A DNA stretch of 64,000 nt from Takakia lepidozioides. Its lineage: Eukaryota; Plantae; Bryophyta. Within the stretch, counting starts at the first letter, position 1, and each line of letters starts with the position of its first letter. The position numbers and the translations under genes are program-made. The stretch spans positions 1,054,001 to 1,118,000 of the forward strand of contig CM060731.1 of NCBI GenBank assembly GCA_030704615.1, given 5' to 3'. Below are positions 1-12,202 of this stretch, piece after piece. A model generated the notes under the pieces. The model saw only the letters and a program-made list of their open reading frames with translations. It was not told the DNA's origin and made no database searches.

Positions 1-176
1 AACAGTGTCTGATATGCTGCTCAGTGTTGAAACAATGTTTTCAAGTACGTTGCGGTATTCTCCTGGAGAGAAGATGTTACTCTTGGAACAGTCCTTAAAA
101 GAGAAGAGATGCATCAGATGATCAAAGATCTTGCTCAATGTGAGGCAGACCTGACACTTATGGGGGATGTTTCCAG

Positions 177-448
177 GGGGAGTGCATGCAGCCATGGTGG
201 GCTCATTGCATCCAACGCCCTTGGCAATTCTGCCATTCCTAACACCACATTCAGCAGCAGTTGCATTCTGCGAGGGGATATTGCAATACGGAACTGCCTG
301 GGAGGTGCTTATGCATGATGAGCTGCAGAGCGGAGCTATGACTCGTGAACAAGTAGTTGAGCGACTTCGCACAGTCTTGTCTCTCACTGATGTCACCCGC
401 TTCCCTGCCCCCAAAGACCCCAACACTGTCATCTTTGTGGCGGCCACA
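177..448 (+). CDS. ABHD18: ABHD18-like (DUF2048) alpha/beta hydrolase, penultimate exon (5' part of gene lies outside the window)
   Basis: Acceptor ttccag ends at 176 and donor gtaagg starts at 449. Translation GGVHAAMVGSLHPTPLAILPFLTPHSAAVAFCEGIL...LSLTDVTRFPAPKDPNTVIFVAAT matches plant ABHD18 as recalled. Confidence 0.9.
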
Positions 449-863
449 GTAAGGCTTCTTATACTCACATGGGTGGACTTATACATGCCTTGCTGCAATT
501 AAGGATTCTTTCATTCTTACTTGAGTCAACAGGGGTTCCCCATTAGCAATGAACCTGGATGTTCTGAGGTCATGGTGAAGACCTTTAAGAAACTAAATGT
601 GGATCTGACATGCCATTTGACTCATCTTGTTCTACTCAGCAAACTCTCTGATTCTGATGGGTTGGGGCACAGATGAGTCTCTTGCTGCAAAGAAAGGAAA
701 TCTTGGTTTCTGAGACAAATATTATCACCTAATTTTTAAAATCTGATTCCTGTAAGCCAAATTAAGTTTGGAAAGAGTTCGACATATCATATTTAAGGGT
801 TGTGGATTTATGAAGCTAGGTTCTAAAACTTGTAAATTAATTTCAAGTTTTTCTTGAATGCAG

Positions 864-1034
864 GATGATGGCTATGTACCGGACCATTCAGCGCTGAAAC
901 TGCAGCGTGCATGGCCAGGGTCGGAGGTCCGGTGGGTCCGAGGTGGCCATGTCTCCTCATATTTGCTTCACAATGATGAATTTCAAAGGGCTATAAGGGA
1001 CGGACTTGCACGATTGAGTGACAAAAGTGTATAA
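864..1034 (+). CDS. ABHD18: ABHD18-like hydrolase, terminal exon
   Basis: Acceptor tgcag ends at 863, phase 0 with the previous exon. Encodes DDGYVPDHSALKLQRAWPGSEVRWVRGGHVSSYLLHNDEFQRAIRDGLARLSDKSV* (catalytic Asp and His region); TAA at 1032-1034. Confidence 0.9.
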   Translation, partial: DDGYVPDHSALKLQRAWPGSEVRWVRGGHVSSYLLHNDEFQRAIRDGLARLSDKSV

Positions 1035-1678
1035 GTGGTTCTTTGCAAATTTCTGGAACCCCTAATGGTGTTAAGATCAGTTGCAGTTGTTGCATCCACC
1101 CATGATAAATTAGTTTCTTTCATGATTGAATCCTTTCAATATCTTTCTGTAACTTCCCGAGCTATTCTAGCTAAAAATCAGAGAGGAGATGGTAGAGGCT
1201 TGATAGGAAATGAATAGAGAACTTGGGACTGCCTTGTAGGGAGGTTTCGAGCTCATGACTAGTCAGGAAATTCATGATGCAGCCCTGATCAAAAGATGCT
1301 ACTCACTCAGCTCAAAGAGCACAATGACAATTTCAAAGTTACGTTTGGGAAAGGAGGGTTACAATGCTGATGTTATGGCCAGTCTCAGAATTAGCTATGA
1401 TGAATAAATTGCAAATGCTATTATTGGGAATATCGCATTGATGGGTTGAACTTCTGTTGCTGCCTTTGGAGACTGCTATATTTAGTGACAAACCAAAGAT
1501 TTGGCAGCTTGTAGTTGTACTTCTTTGTTAAGGAAATTGTCAAGATTTCCAATTGGGTGGGCTTCCTGTGTTGGTATACCGTTGGTGGAAAGCCAAAAGG
1601 GTGCAGGGTGTGGGCAGTGGGTTTTACTGTGGATCGGTGAAAATGCTAGTGTTTTAGTAAGTATGTTTCACTGCGGTG

Positions 1679-1797
1679 TATATATATATATATATATGCA
1701 TATATATTGGTTTTGATTGGTTTAGGTTTTGATTTGGTTTATATTGATTTATATATATAATCAGTGTTTAGGATTATATATATATATATATATATAT
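1679..1797. repeat. (TA)n microsatellite cluster
   Basis: TA runs at ~1679-1697, ~1750-1759 and ~1775-1797. Confidence 0.85.
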
Positions 1798-2039
1798 TGG
1801 TTTTGATTCGCTGCACTGCATTGAAAATACATTACGAAGAAAACACATAATACTGCAACGCAGGTACCAAAAACATTTGGATGGCTCAAAACAGTTTTTT
1901 TTATAATAAATTTTAATAATAATGAAAGGGGAGAGTGGCAGTGCTGCTGCTAATTTCCAGCTTCCGTGCCTGTCATCTTCATGCACTTGATATGCAAGAG
2001 GCATGCATAAGTATCAGAATTTGCAAAGCATTGTAGATG

Positions 2040-2380
2040 CAATCAAACATCATGTAGTGGTTGGGCTGAACACCCCTTCCTCACCATTTACTCATAGGTC
2101 TCCAAGCCTCAATCCCTTGCCCTGCCCCTACTGTACATATCTTGCGATCATCGCACTCCACAACACCACATTTTGTTCAGCCATGTTGTTGAACACTCCC
2201 TTTGCATCCTCCATGCACCCACATTTGGCATACAAGTCCACGATCTGGCATAGTTCAGAACGACATCTAAGTACAATTCCAGCTTGGACGATGTTCCACT
2301 GGAATAAAGTCACAAGCCACTCAAACGGGCTTCTGAGGGCAAACTGCATTCCTCAGCTTGTAGCAATTACAAGGCTTGCA
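2040..2380 (-). pseudogene. PLS-class PPR gene fragment
   Basis: Minus strand reads IVDLYAKCGCMEDAKGVFNNMAEQNVVLWSAMIARYVQ, followed by stops and frameshifts. Confidence 0.8.
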
Positions 2381-2759
2381 GGTGCCCACATCTTATGGAA
2401 AGAATCCCCGCACCCCCCCCTCCCCCCCCCAAGTCACATGCGTCTAAGTACAAACCGAGAAATATCAATGGCAAATGCCCACAGAAGTACTAGACTATCA
2501 ACTTACTTGCTACACGCGCTAGTCATGATCCCACACACTCACAATATAGCAGGACTAGTAACCAATACACACCAGTAAATAAACTGAACAAGAAAACAGA
2601 CAATCAACAAACTCGACCTCGTACCCTATGATACTTGAGCCACCCATGAAGGATCCAAAGCGGTTGGAGCTCTCAAGCAACGATCTCCCAGGACCTCTGC
2701 AGGAAATTAGGCTATTGGAAAACCCCCCACTGGTAAATGCACAAAGAAGCAATTCCTCA

Positions 2760-3240
2760 TACGGGACACCATATCAACATACAGAAATGGTACTCACATA
2801 TTTGACTGCCCTTGTTATACCACATCTCATGCAACCATATTGTCAAACACGCCATTGTCAAATACCCAAACTTGGCATACATGTCCATTACGGCAAGGCT
2901 CAAAATCACATCAGATACAATACCAGCTTTGACAATGTCACCATGGACCTCTACGCCCTTTTCCAGGGCTGCCCTGACATACATATCCACCAAGGCAGTG
3001 TTCAAAGTGACATCTAGAGGTACAATTCCAGCTTTGACGATGTAACCATGGACTTTTGTGCCATTTTTAGTGCTGTCAGGCTCGCATTTGACATAGATGT
3101 ACACCAGGGGAATGTTCAGAATGACATCTGGTACAATTCCAGCTTTGATGATGTCACCATGAACCTCCTTGCCCCTTCCCAGGGCTGCTAGGCTTGCATA
3201 TGCATATTACAAACACAAATGAATATGACCTGGTCTGGCC
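2760..3240 (-). pseudogene. PLS-class PPR gene fragment
   Basis: Repeated VHGDIVKAGIVxDVxLNTALVDMY motifs, frameshifted. Confidence 0.8.
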
Positions 3241-3628
3241 TGAAGAAGTGAGGGGAGACAATGTAAAGGATAACGCTGATTCTAGAGACGTCTACGATAA
3301 GGAGATTTCAGAAATAGACTCAGGGGTGGGATTCAGTCCTGTGGAGGGGGATATGCCATTACAGATGTCACCATATCAAGGTTTAAGCCAACGAGTTAGA
3401 GACATCGTCGATGGTAAGACATCTAGGGCATTGGTCGGCGATCAAAACTCTGTTGACGTGAGTATTTCAGATTATGAGCTGTCCTGACACTTGTAAAACC
3501 CAATTTATTACAAACTTGATATAACATCAGAATTTTTTACCAATGGAACTAATAACCTATTGCTCTGTGATAGTCTCATAAATGAATCGAAATTTATACG
3601 GAAGTCTAATCACCCGCATTTTCTGTAG

Positions 3629-3880
3629 ATCCGTGAGTCCAATACGGAGGAAGTGACATATACCAGAACAAACAACACACAACAGCGTACAATGAAGAAA
3701 CAATACGACTTGAGAGTGAGGATATCGTCGCCCAAGGTGGCAGCTTCAGAAACCGCGGGCGATCGCGCGAGGTTACTTATGGGAGGGGTCGACAAAAACA
3801 TACCGGACGGCGAAAGACCCATCGCCGGGGGAATTGGCGGCGAAACCTCATCCGGCTTGGAGCAAGTGCCGCTAAAACTG
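3629..3880 (+). CDS. putative internal exon (phase 0/0) upstream of FCP1-like domain 1
   Basis: Acceptor ttttctgtag ends at 3628, open frame IRESNTEEV...QVPLKL, donor gtactt at 3881. Splices in frame to the acceptor at 3967. Confidence 0.5.
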
Positions 3881-3967
3881 GTACTTCATTCTCCCCCTTC
3901 TGCTTTCCTTTCTGCATTCCATTGTGAAAAACTTCCAATGAATTAATAATTATTTCCTAATGGGCAG

Positions 3968-4779
3968 GATGATATGATCTATCCACCACACGACTATTCT
4001 CAAGCTGTCAATCCCGCGGATTTCTTTGCTCTTCCAATGGGTCCAAATGGATGTCAGCCCGGATATTATGTCCTGGTTCTGGATGTCAGGTTCCTATGTG
4101 AGGTCTACCTCCAGAATGGGCCAAAAACCCCTCCCGCAACACAGCCTTGTATCTCCGCTGGAAGATTTAAGTTAGCAATGCGACATGAGGTGGGAGACTT
4201 CCTCAAATGGGTCGTCAAGAAGTTTTGGGTCATCTTATGGAACACTGGCAAAGAAGAGACTGTCGTGGATTTCAAATCAGCCTTGTTCGGGAGGAACGCC
4301 CACAAGGTCATGCATTACAGTTCCGACCAATGTGTGGAACATAGACTTACTTTCAACACATATTGGCCTACGCTACCTAAGGCCCAAACGACTTTACGAC
4401 TTGTTCGTAGACCCCGACTCTTAAGGCCTACAGGTCTAACATCCTGCTTATCGATGTCGTTGGGAATATGTACAAGTCTTTCCTCAATCCTCTGAGCCTG
4501 CTCATCTTCCTACCTAAATACGAAGCACTTGTAGATCCATACAAGGATGATTTTCTGATGGGTCATCTGAAGCCCCACCAGGAGAAGTTGAGGCATTCAA
4601 AAATGGACATTTGGGCCTTCAATGAGCAGAACCCTTTTGGAATACCTAAGGATATCTACTTTCAAGATGCTAGAGTGAAATTTATTAATCGTTGGGACTT
4701 TCCATGGCCTAAGAACAAGGAGGAATGGGATGCACATCAAGGTACCTAGAGGCCCTGGAAATGGAACATGGGATATTAA
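3968..4779 (+). pseudogene. FCP1/NIF-like HAD-superfamily domain 1 (frameshifted)
   Basis: YVLVLDV...MRHEVGDFLKWVVKKFWVILWN...SSDQC...KRLYDLF...ILLID...YKSFLNP...DDFL follows the NIF motif order. Two frameshifts at ~4380-4440. Confidence 0.7.
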
Positions 4780-4890
4780 AGTGACTAGTTTTGATAATGT
4801 ATTGGGATTCTGAGGTCATTGAGTTCCTTATCTGTTCATGGGATTCTTCTTTTCTTGATTTACTTAAGTGTCTTTATCACTCCTTCACAG

Positions 4891-5610
4891 ATCCGATAGC
4901 CTGGATCTCCACCTGTGAGGGGACCTCGCTTGATAATTTTTGACGTTAATGGAGTGTTATGCAAAATAACGAAGAGCCAGAGCCCAGGACTTGCTCCACG
5001 CTTTTCGGAATCTGATTACAGCATTCTTGCTATTGTTGAGTATCGGCAAATCTTTAGACGAAAGATGTACCGGGAAGTTTGGCAAGAGTTACACAAGCAT
5101 TTCATTTTAGGTATCTGGAGCTGCATGGTGCTTAAAAACTTAAATGTTGTTCTGGATTTGCTCCTACGTGGTCTTCCACGGCCAGCGTTCATCATGTCGC
5201 AGGAGGATTGTATCATTTGCCCAAGCAATCTGCACCCAAATTACCGAACGGGACAAGATCAACCTCATGTGTTCTTGAAACCACTCCTTAAAGTATGGCA
5301 GAGTTTTGAAGATTTTTACAATCAGAGTAACACCCTGCTGATTGATGATACGGCTTTGAAGTGTTTGATGAACCCTCTTGAATCTTGTCTTCTTCTCAAG
5401 TCTTTTGAGAACATCGACGTCGACGATTTCTTCCTTTTCAAACTTAGAGATTTCTTGCTTAGCTTCTTGAAATTTGAGAACGTCTCAAGCTTCTTGAAAG
5501 CAAGGAGAATACGATTTCCACCTTTCAAAGTTAACGATCCACAGTTCAAGCCTCTTCTTGACTATATTGACAATTCACAATATTGTGATTTCCGAGTAAA
5601 TGATAAGTAA
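4891..5610 (+). CDS. FCP1/NIF-like HAD-superfamily domain 2
   Basis: LIIFDVNGVL...FILGIWS...FIMSQEDC...FLKPLLKVW...NTLLIDDTALKCLMNP...DDFFL. Acceptor ttcacag ends at 4890; one TAG in the third codon, then open to TAA at 5610. Confidence 0.85.
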
Positions 5611-5852
5611 ATATTCGCGTCCTACTGTGGACACAGTTTACTATTTAAAATTGATTGTGAAGACCATGGAATTTCAGTCTTCTTCTGATATTCTTTTGCT
5701 TTGCATGGAAATTGTTATATTGCCAAACCATATATAACGGTCAATGGATTCGTTGTTCCTTTATGTCCGTCGATTTTTTTTCGGAACCACGCGTGATCAC
5801 GCGTTCTTCCAACTCAAATTTACTACTTTGTTGACATATATTTCATTTGCAG

Positions 5853-6797
5853 GTATTCCCATATCAATATGTTCTTCATGCCACAAATGCATCTCCAATT
5901 GGCGAAACAATATCGTCTGATATTGCTGACGATGTAGAAATGATCAGGCCAGAAGCTTTCCAACGACCTGACAACTTGTTATCTACTCAGGCATCCATTG
6001 TTGTTATGGAGAGTGATCCCATCAGTGTTTCAGATGTTGTTTCGAGGCTCAAAATGTCAAAAGGTGAATCCATAGTTAGCAGGGTCGATGATTTAACTGG
6101 GGTTGGCTGCATAGTGGAAAACGACTCTCAATATCTTGGGGAATCCTCTTTGGAGCCGTCCTTCTCCCAACACTTTCCATCAGACGCCGTCACGGGCCAT
6201 CTACATGAGTCTACCGAACAATTGGTTGCAACTATCGCTCAACTGCCTCCTCATCATGTCGTAATTCCAAGCGGGTCACCGGATCACGAGGGCTGGACAC
6301 CTCAGCTGCTGAGAAGTCAGGTGATTTAATTCTATTTCATCCATGCGTTTTATTGTTACTGTGTTTCTGTTCATCATCTGATTTTCTCTCTTCACTCCAG
6401 GCTAGAAAAACTGCAACGTATGACCTTCCTGTGAAGCGGCAACTTCTGTGGGGTTGTATTCCAAGGTAATCATTTTTTTTCCGTTTGAATTCGGTTCAGG
6501 ATGTGCAGAAAGAAAGAAACCAAATTCCATTGCCAACCATTAGTGAGAAGGTTATTGAACTCACTCATTCGCCGACTGAGGTCAGCACACCGACAAGACC
6601 GGCATATATTTCTGTACCATCCCCAATCCCCCAGAATTTCGGACGGTCCTGTGTCAAGGAAACGTCACAGATCACAGCAGTCAGCGGCGGTCATGTCCGA
6701 CGACGAAAAAATAGCATCTGGCGTTCTGTTATCCCTTCAACATTCACCTGCTTCCAGTGGTAACCCGCCTCAGAATCGGAGGGTAAATCTAGCAAAG
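5853..6797 (+). CDS. low-complexity Ser/Pro/acidic exons (5853-6320, 6401-6465, 6500-6797) leading to FCP1-like domain 3
   Basis: AG/GT boundaries at 5852/6321, 6400/6466 and 6499/6798. The first exon is an open 156-codon frame. Contains a basic patch RKRHR. Probable frameshift in the last exon. Confidence 0.45.
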
Positions 6798-7148
6798 GTA
6801 ATAAGTATCTCCTTCACTTGGTCCTCTGTCTTATTGGTTATGGCTTCCTAGTAATCATTACATATATCATTTACATTGTCGACACAACTTTGCACAAAGT
6901 AACCTCACGCGATCGCGCGTCGTTCAGAGACTCCCAATTGTGATTTTTGGTCTCAAGTCTCAATTGGGTGTCGTAATGCTAAAAATATTACCTTCGCAAA
7001 ATATTCCATTTGAAAATCAAGGTATAGAAATTAGGTAAACCACAAAACGCAAGTATGTCATGGCATTTTTTGAGTTGCAAAATGTATTGGAAATACCTAA
7101 TTTCTGGATCAGATAACAGAAACTAATGGGCTCTTTTGGATGGTTCAG

Positions 7149-7887
7149 AACGTTGTTACTCAAGAAATGTGTGGTGTCCGGAAACACAAACGCATGTTGC
7201 TGGTACTGAGTGTCAATGGCCTTCTTTGCTTACAGGCCACCTCCTACCGGAGACGAGTTGTTTAAACATAGGTTTTAATTGAGGAAAGTAACAATTCGGG
7301 TGCCCGCAAGACCATTTGTGGTTCCAAGACCTGGAGTGTTGGAGTTTCTTCGATTGGCATTGACTCATTTTCATGTAGCAATTTGGTCTTGCTCTGAGAG
7401 GGATACTGTATTCAAGATGTTGGAGTGTTTCGTTCCTCCGGAAATTATGAAACAATTTCGTTTCATATGGTCTGCTGAGCATTGCACAGATACAGCTGGA
7501 CATATTAAGCCTGGAATGAAATATCTTATTAAAGATATTAAGAATATTCTCGTAAAATTTAGTGGGAAAGAATTTGCTAGGCAGGGGAAAATTCTACTGG
7601 TCGACGATGACCCATCCAAGGCACTCCGAAACCCAGTGAATACTGGAGTCTTCCACATCACATTCAGGCAATCAAGCAATTTGGAGGATTTGGTTGACCT
7701 CACCAAAGCTTTGTGGCCTTTTCTCTCTAGCTTGATTGGAGCCCAGTCTGTTGTTGATTACGTCGGCAAGAACTCATGCAAATCTTCCGGCCCTCCGATA
7801 GATCGAAATCACGTCTACTGGTCCTGGTTTGGAAGATTTATTGATGCTTCTGTTTGGCACCCCCTCAAAAAGATCCCGATTATCTGG
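7149..7887 (+). pseudogene. FCP1/NIF-like HAD-superfamily domain 3 (one frameshift near 7265)
   Basis: KRMLLVLSVNGLL then PRPGVLEFLRLALTHFHVAIWS...FIWSAEHC...ILLVDDDPSKALRNPVNTGVF...LWPFL. Acceptor ends at 7148, donor at 7888. Confidence 0.8.
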
Positions 7888-10165
7888 GTACATAGTTTAA
7901 CATTGCCCTATTTTGTGTGTAGTCCATCAGCTTTACTTTAACCTCCATTTGTACTTGTACGTATGTTGACTTCACATGACTTTTATGAGATCAATGATAT
8001 TTCAATGATCTTTGTATTTTCTTTAACAATTCCCTTCTGTGCTGCCTCCACACAGTTACATTCCAGTGTCAAGTTCAGAATCAAATTCGACAGGAGAAGA
8101 AAGAGGAACGGCAGCGTAAGGCTGAGCGGAGGGACCGCGAGGCTTTACGTTTGTCAAGGTCATCAAGTACAGCTACCAGTGAGGTGTCTTGTCATATCTT
8201 ACATCAATCTCCCACTGTATCCATCTCCTCGGGTGTACAGAATTTCGCCATCAGTGGTAACCGACGGCGATCTCGAACATATGCGTTGAGTGTGAGCAAC
8301 TCTGTGTTATTGATGAATTAAACTATGGCCGGCCTGTTCATTACACACATACGTTATTTAACTCTGTCAATGTTATGCCAGACCATTTCGGCTGTAATGT
8401 TAGTTATCGAAGTTTGAGAGAAATCACGCGCGATCGCGCGTGGTTCCTTCATATACCCTCTTGTGGAGCTAGCATGGATCAGCAGTGCCATCAGATGTTA
8501 TCAAAACAAGTTGACTTCATTGTCAATTTAAGCAATAACAGATCAGGTTGGAGGCTGGAGGAGGCTGGAGGAGAAGAAATTTTCCGATGTTTTCATATTA
8601 CGATGGGGAACAAGTGACACGATCATCGTCTATGACTGAATTCGGGTTCCTATCTCGTAATTCAAGCTCCCACGATGGTCGTCTCATTTGTTCCTTAGCG
8701 GATTGTGAAGCTCTGTTAAAATCTCTCTTCAAATGGATTGAAATAATTTTGGTGGCTTCGAAATTCCTTCTCTGACGAACTGATGACACCATTGTGGTTG
8801 ATTGAAATCTGGATGCACTCGGCTCTTTGGGGTTCTCAATGGTGGTAGAGGCAAAGATCTGTCGCGCGATCACTCGTGGTTCGAAAAGCGGAATTCAACA
8901 TCGTCCTGGTTCTCCAGCCGACTGCCAAAGTGTTATATTACCTCAACAGTGCCACATGTGATTGGTCGGAGTGATGTTTTTTCTATGCTCACGCATTCAA
9001 CAACGAAAATGCTGTCATTTGAAGATGTGATGATTTTGCAGGCATAGTGAGTTACTTCAGGTCAGTTACAGCGAGAGAACTCAAGGTATTCGGATAATCC
9101 GTCCCGGAATATTTCACACCATCATCCTGGATGAATCATTGATATGTTTCAGAACACGCACTCAAATCATCCAGGCTGATGGTATCACTTGTTCCTTGGC
9201 GGATTGTTCAAGTATCTTATAATCCTAGTCTTTAAGTTGTTTGAAGTCATTCTCCCTGCTTGCATAATCCGATCTCCAACAATTGACAACATCATCGTGG
9301 TGTTTTATTTGGTTCCTATATCCTTCGTTTGGAGATCCATTATTCTTTTGAGGAACACCAACGATTAACATCGCACGATCACGCGTACTTTTCTAAGAGC
9401 TGACCTGTTCTGATGTCCATCATTGCACACCAAAATGGTGTTACGAGGAGGCAGAATGTCAGCAATTGAACGTCAATCTCCAGCGACATTCTCGTCGTTT
9501 TCATGTGGACTGGACGCCAAATGAGGAACAACGTCGCTAACAATCTGTGCAAACAATCTCAACAATCATATGTACTTCAAGGTGCTTGATACTGCATATG
9601 TTCATGTAGCTGATTTCTATAGGAGTCTTTTGCTATTCCCATTCCAATAACATCAGGTCCACTGAGACTGCCATATTCCGAAATCGGAATCAGGCACCAC
9701 CTATATGAAACCATAACCTAAGAATGAAATCTCTAGTTCATGCAATCACAGCCCGGAGAAATATCTCAAACTGCTGGCCAACTACTTGTGGGCTAGGGTG
9801 TTTCTTTGGAGTCGTATACAATGAATCAAAGATCTAGTTCTCAGCTGACATGTAGCTGATGATTTTATATTGGTCAATGATGGTGGGCCGTGGCTGATAC
9901 GGGAGTCTGAATATGACAGTCTCTGGGGACCTGATATTGTTCGCATGATAATAGTAAAACGACTACTATACAACCCGGTTATCAGCGTCACGTCCGTCCG
10001 TCAGCGTCAGGTCACGTCAGACCTGACGCTGACGGGACCTCTGTCACATTAGGTTCGAGGAATATTCTGGTAAAAATAGTAGCAGGTAAAATACTGCCAC
10101 TTAAGCAGCCACGTCGCCGACACAGTGGCGGTGACAAATACATTTTGAAAATGAACAAAATGAAC

Positions 10166-11175
10166 GCGACCGCCAATTATGGCGGTCACTTTGATTTTCG
10201 AAATTAAAAAAGAAATAGCGACCGCCGTATTGGCGGTCGCTTCAATTTTTTTGTTTTTAAAGCAAGATTGTTGACGGTCGCTTTATTTTTCGAAATAGAA
10301 AAAGAAATAGCGACCGTCATATTGGCGGTCGCTTCAATTTATTTTTAAAAAAAAAACAAGATTGGCGGTTGCACTCGCGGTCGCTTTATTTTTTGAATTA
10401 AAAAAACAAATAGCGACCGCTATCTTGGCGGTCGCTTCAATTTATTTAAAAAAAAGAACAAGATTGGCGGTTGCCTAATTTTATAAAAAAAACAAGCGAC
10501 TGCCGTATTGGCGGTCGCACAATTTTGTAAATATGTACAGAACAAGCGACCGCCATATGGCGGTCGGATAATTTCAAAAAAAAAAAAAAAAAAAAAAAAA
10601 AACAACGACCGCCATTAGGCGTTCGCTTAATTTAAAAAATATATAGAAAAACAAATGACCGCCATATGGCGGTCGGTAAATTTAAAATTATATTAAAAAA
10701 AACAAGCGACATATGAAAATAAAAGCGACCGCCACACCGGTGGTCGCTTGTTTTAAAACAATACAATATTTGTGACCACCAAACCGGCGGTCGCGTCAAT
10801 TTTATATATTAAGTTTAAGCGACCACCAGCCTGGAGGTCGCTTAAACTTGAAAATATAAAGAAAAAAGCGACCGCCTTACTGGCGGTCGCGTATTTTTAA
10901 AAATATTAAAAATAAAAGCGACCACCATATTGGCGGTCGCTTTATTTTAAATATATTAACAAATGAAGCGACCGCCATACCGGCAGTCGCATTATATTTT
11001 GAAATAAAAAATAATAACGACCGCCATACGGGCGGTCGCTTAAATTTAAAAATATACAAAATAGAAGTGACTGCAATATTACAGAAAATAAAAGGAAATA
11101 AAAGCGACCGCAGTAGTGGCGGTCGCTTGTTTTTCCTAAAAAATAAAAATAGCGACCGTAGTATTAGCGGTCGCT
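10166..11175. repeat. left subterminal palindrome array, ~20 units of GCGACCGCC-N3-7-GGCGGTCGC with A/T-rich spacers, ~50-bp period
   Basis: Units visible at 10218, 10309, 10412, 10495, 10545, 10724, 10818, 10867, 10917, 10967, 11017, 11103, 11151 and others. Confidence 0.9.
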
Positions 11176-11603
11176 TAATTTCAAAATTACAACAAATATG
11201 GTTGTACAGCCTTTTTCGGGTGGGCGCTATTGGTTCGTCATTTATTCATTTAACTTTCATTTAACTTTCATCCTTCTTGGATCATATATAAGGGAGGAGG
11301 GTCACCAAACTCATCACTTCCTTTAGCGCAAACACTTGAGGTTGCTTTGGATGTTCTCTTCCATTGAACGAGAGTGTAGCCCAAGAGGAGGGTGCGCACA
11401 TTTTGCCGTTGTGGCTTCCACCAAAGCCACTTCAGCAGATTGTGTATAAGCTCAACACTACAACCCACATCGACCCACTTGGGTTGCTAACAGGTGTAAA
11501 AGTGTTGGGCTATCGCATTGCACTCTACATTCACAACACGTTCATTTATAAGTGACTGTTTTTTGTTGCTTGCATCGCTAGGTCCGAGGAAAGTGGATAT
11601 TGG

Positions 11604-12202
11604 GTGAAAATGAGGGAGGAATGGAGCCCTTGGTATACGACAATCCCGAACACTGTCAGTGCCACTGATAGTGTTGAGTGCAACCTATGTGGATTAAAAT
11701 TTTCTTATCGTAAGGATCGGTTGCTCGCTCACCTCGGCTATAAATGTGCGAAGAGCGTTGGGGTGGGTTTATGCCCTAAAGCATCTATGCGGGTAAAAAG
11801 CCACTTTGCCCAGTGTGGAGGCAATATTCCAATGTCTTTGGATCTGGACATGACCTCTGAGCAGAACACTCAATTTTCCCGTCATGATGCCCCGATTAGT
11901 ACCCAGGGCGACTCTTGTGAGGCTTCGGGTGTCCTTGGACAAGTGGGTTGTACCGGAGCAACACCTGCTTCAACACCTCTTTGTACCCCTACACTTCAAC
12001 GGAGTAGAGGATTACGACATCAATCCATGCAGGAAGGTCTTAACTTGTCTGCGAAAAGACAGTTGGATAATAAATGGGCGCAGTTTTTCTTCGAGGCCAA
12101 CATACCATTTAATGTGGCAAGGCTTCCGGCATTTGTTTCTGCCGTTAGAGCAACCTCGGAGTCCAGATCCACGTACGTGCCTCTGACTTATCACAATCTC
12201 CG
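11604..12202 (+). pseudogene. hAT transposase N-terminal part (BED-type zinc finger and start of DUF659), truncated at an LTR junction
   Basis: CNLCGLKFSYRKDRLLAHL...C and KWAQFFFEANIPFNVA...YVPLTYHNLR. Upstream TATA-like tatataa at ~11286. Confidence 0.85.

Noticed and set aside
2003-3017. plus-strand ORFs of 191 and 129 aa
   Set aside because: Antisense shadows of PPR fragments.
10166-11175. CRISPR array (also 23958-24593 and 50665-51115)
   Set aside because: Eukaryotic context, no cas genes, repeat loops vary, spacers are low-complexity A/T, and the first two arrays sit symmetrically inside hAT TIRs.
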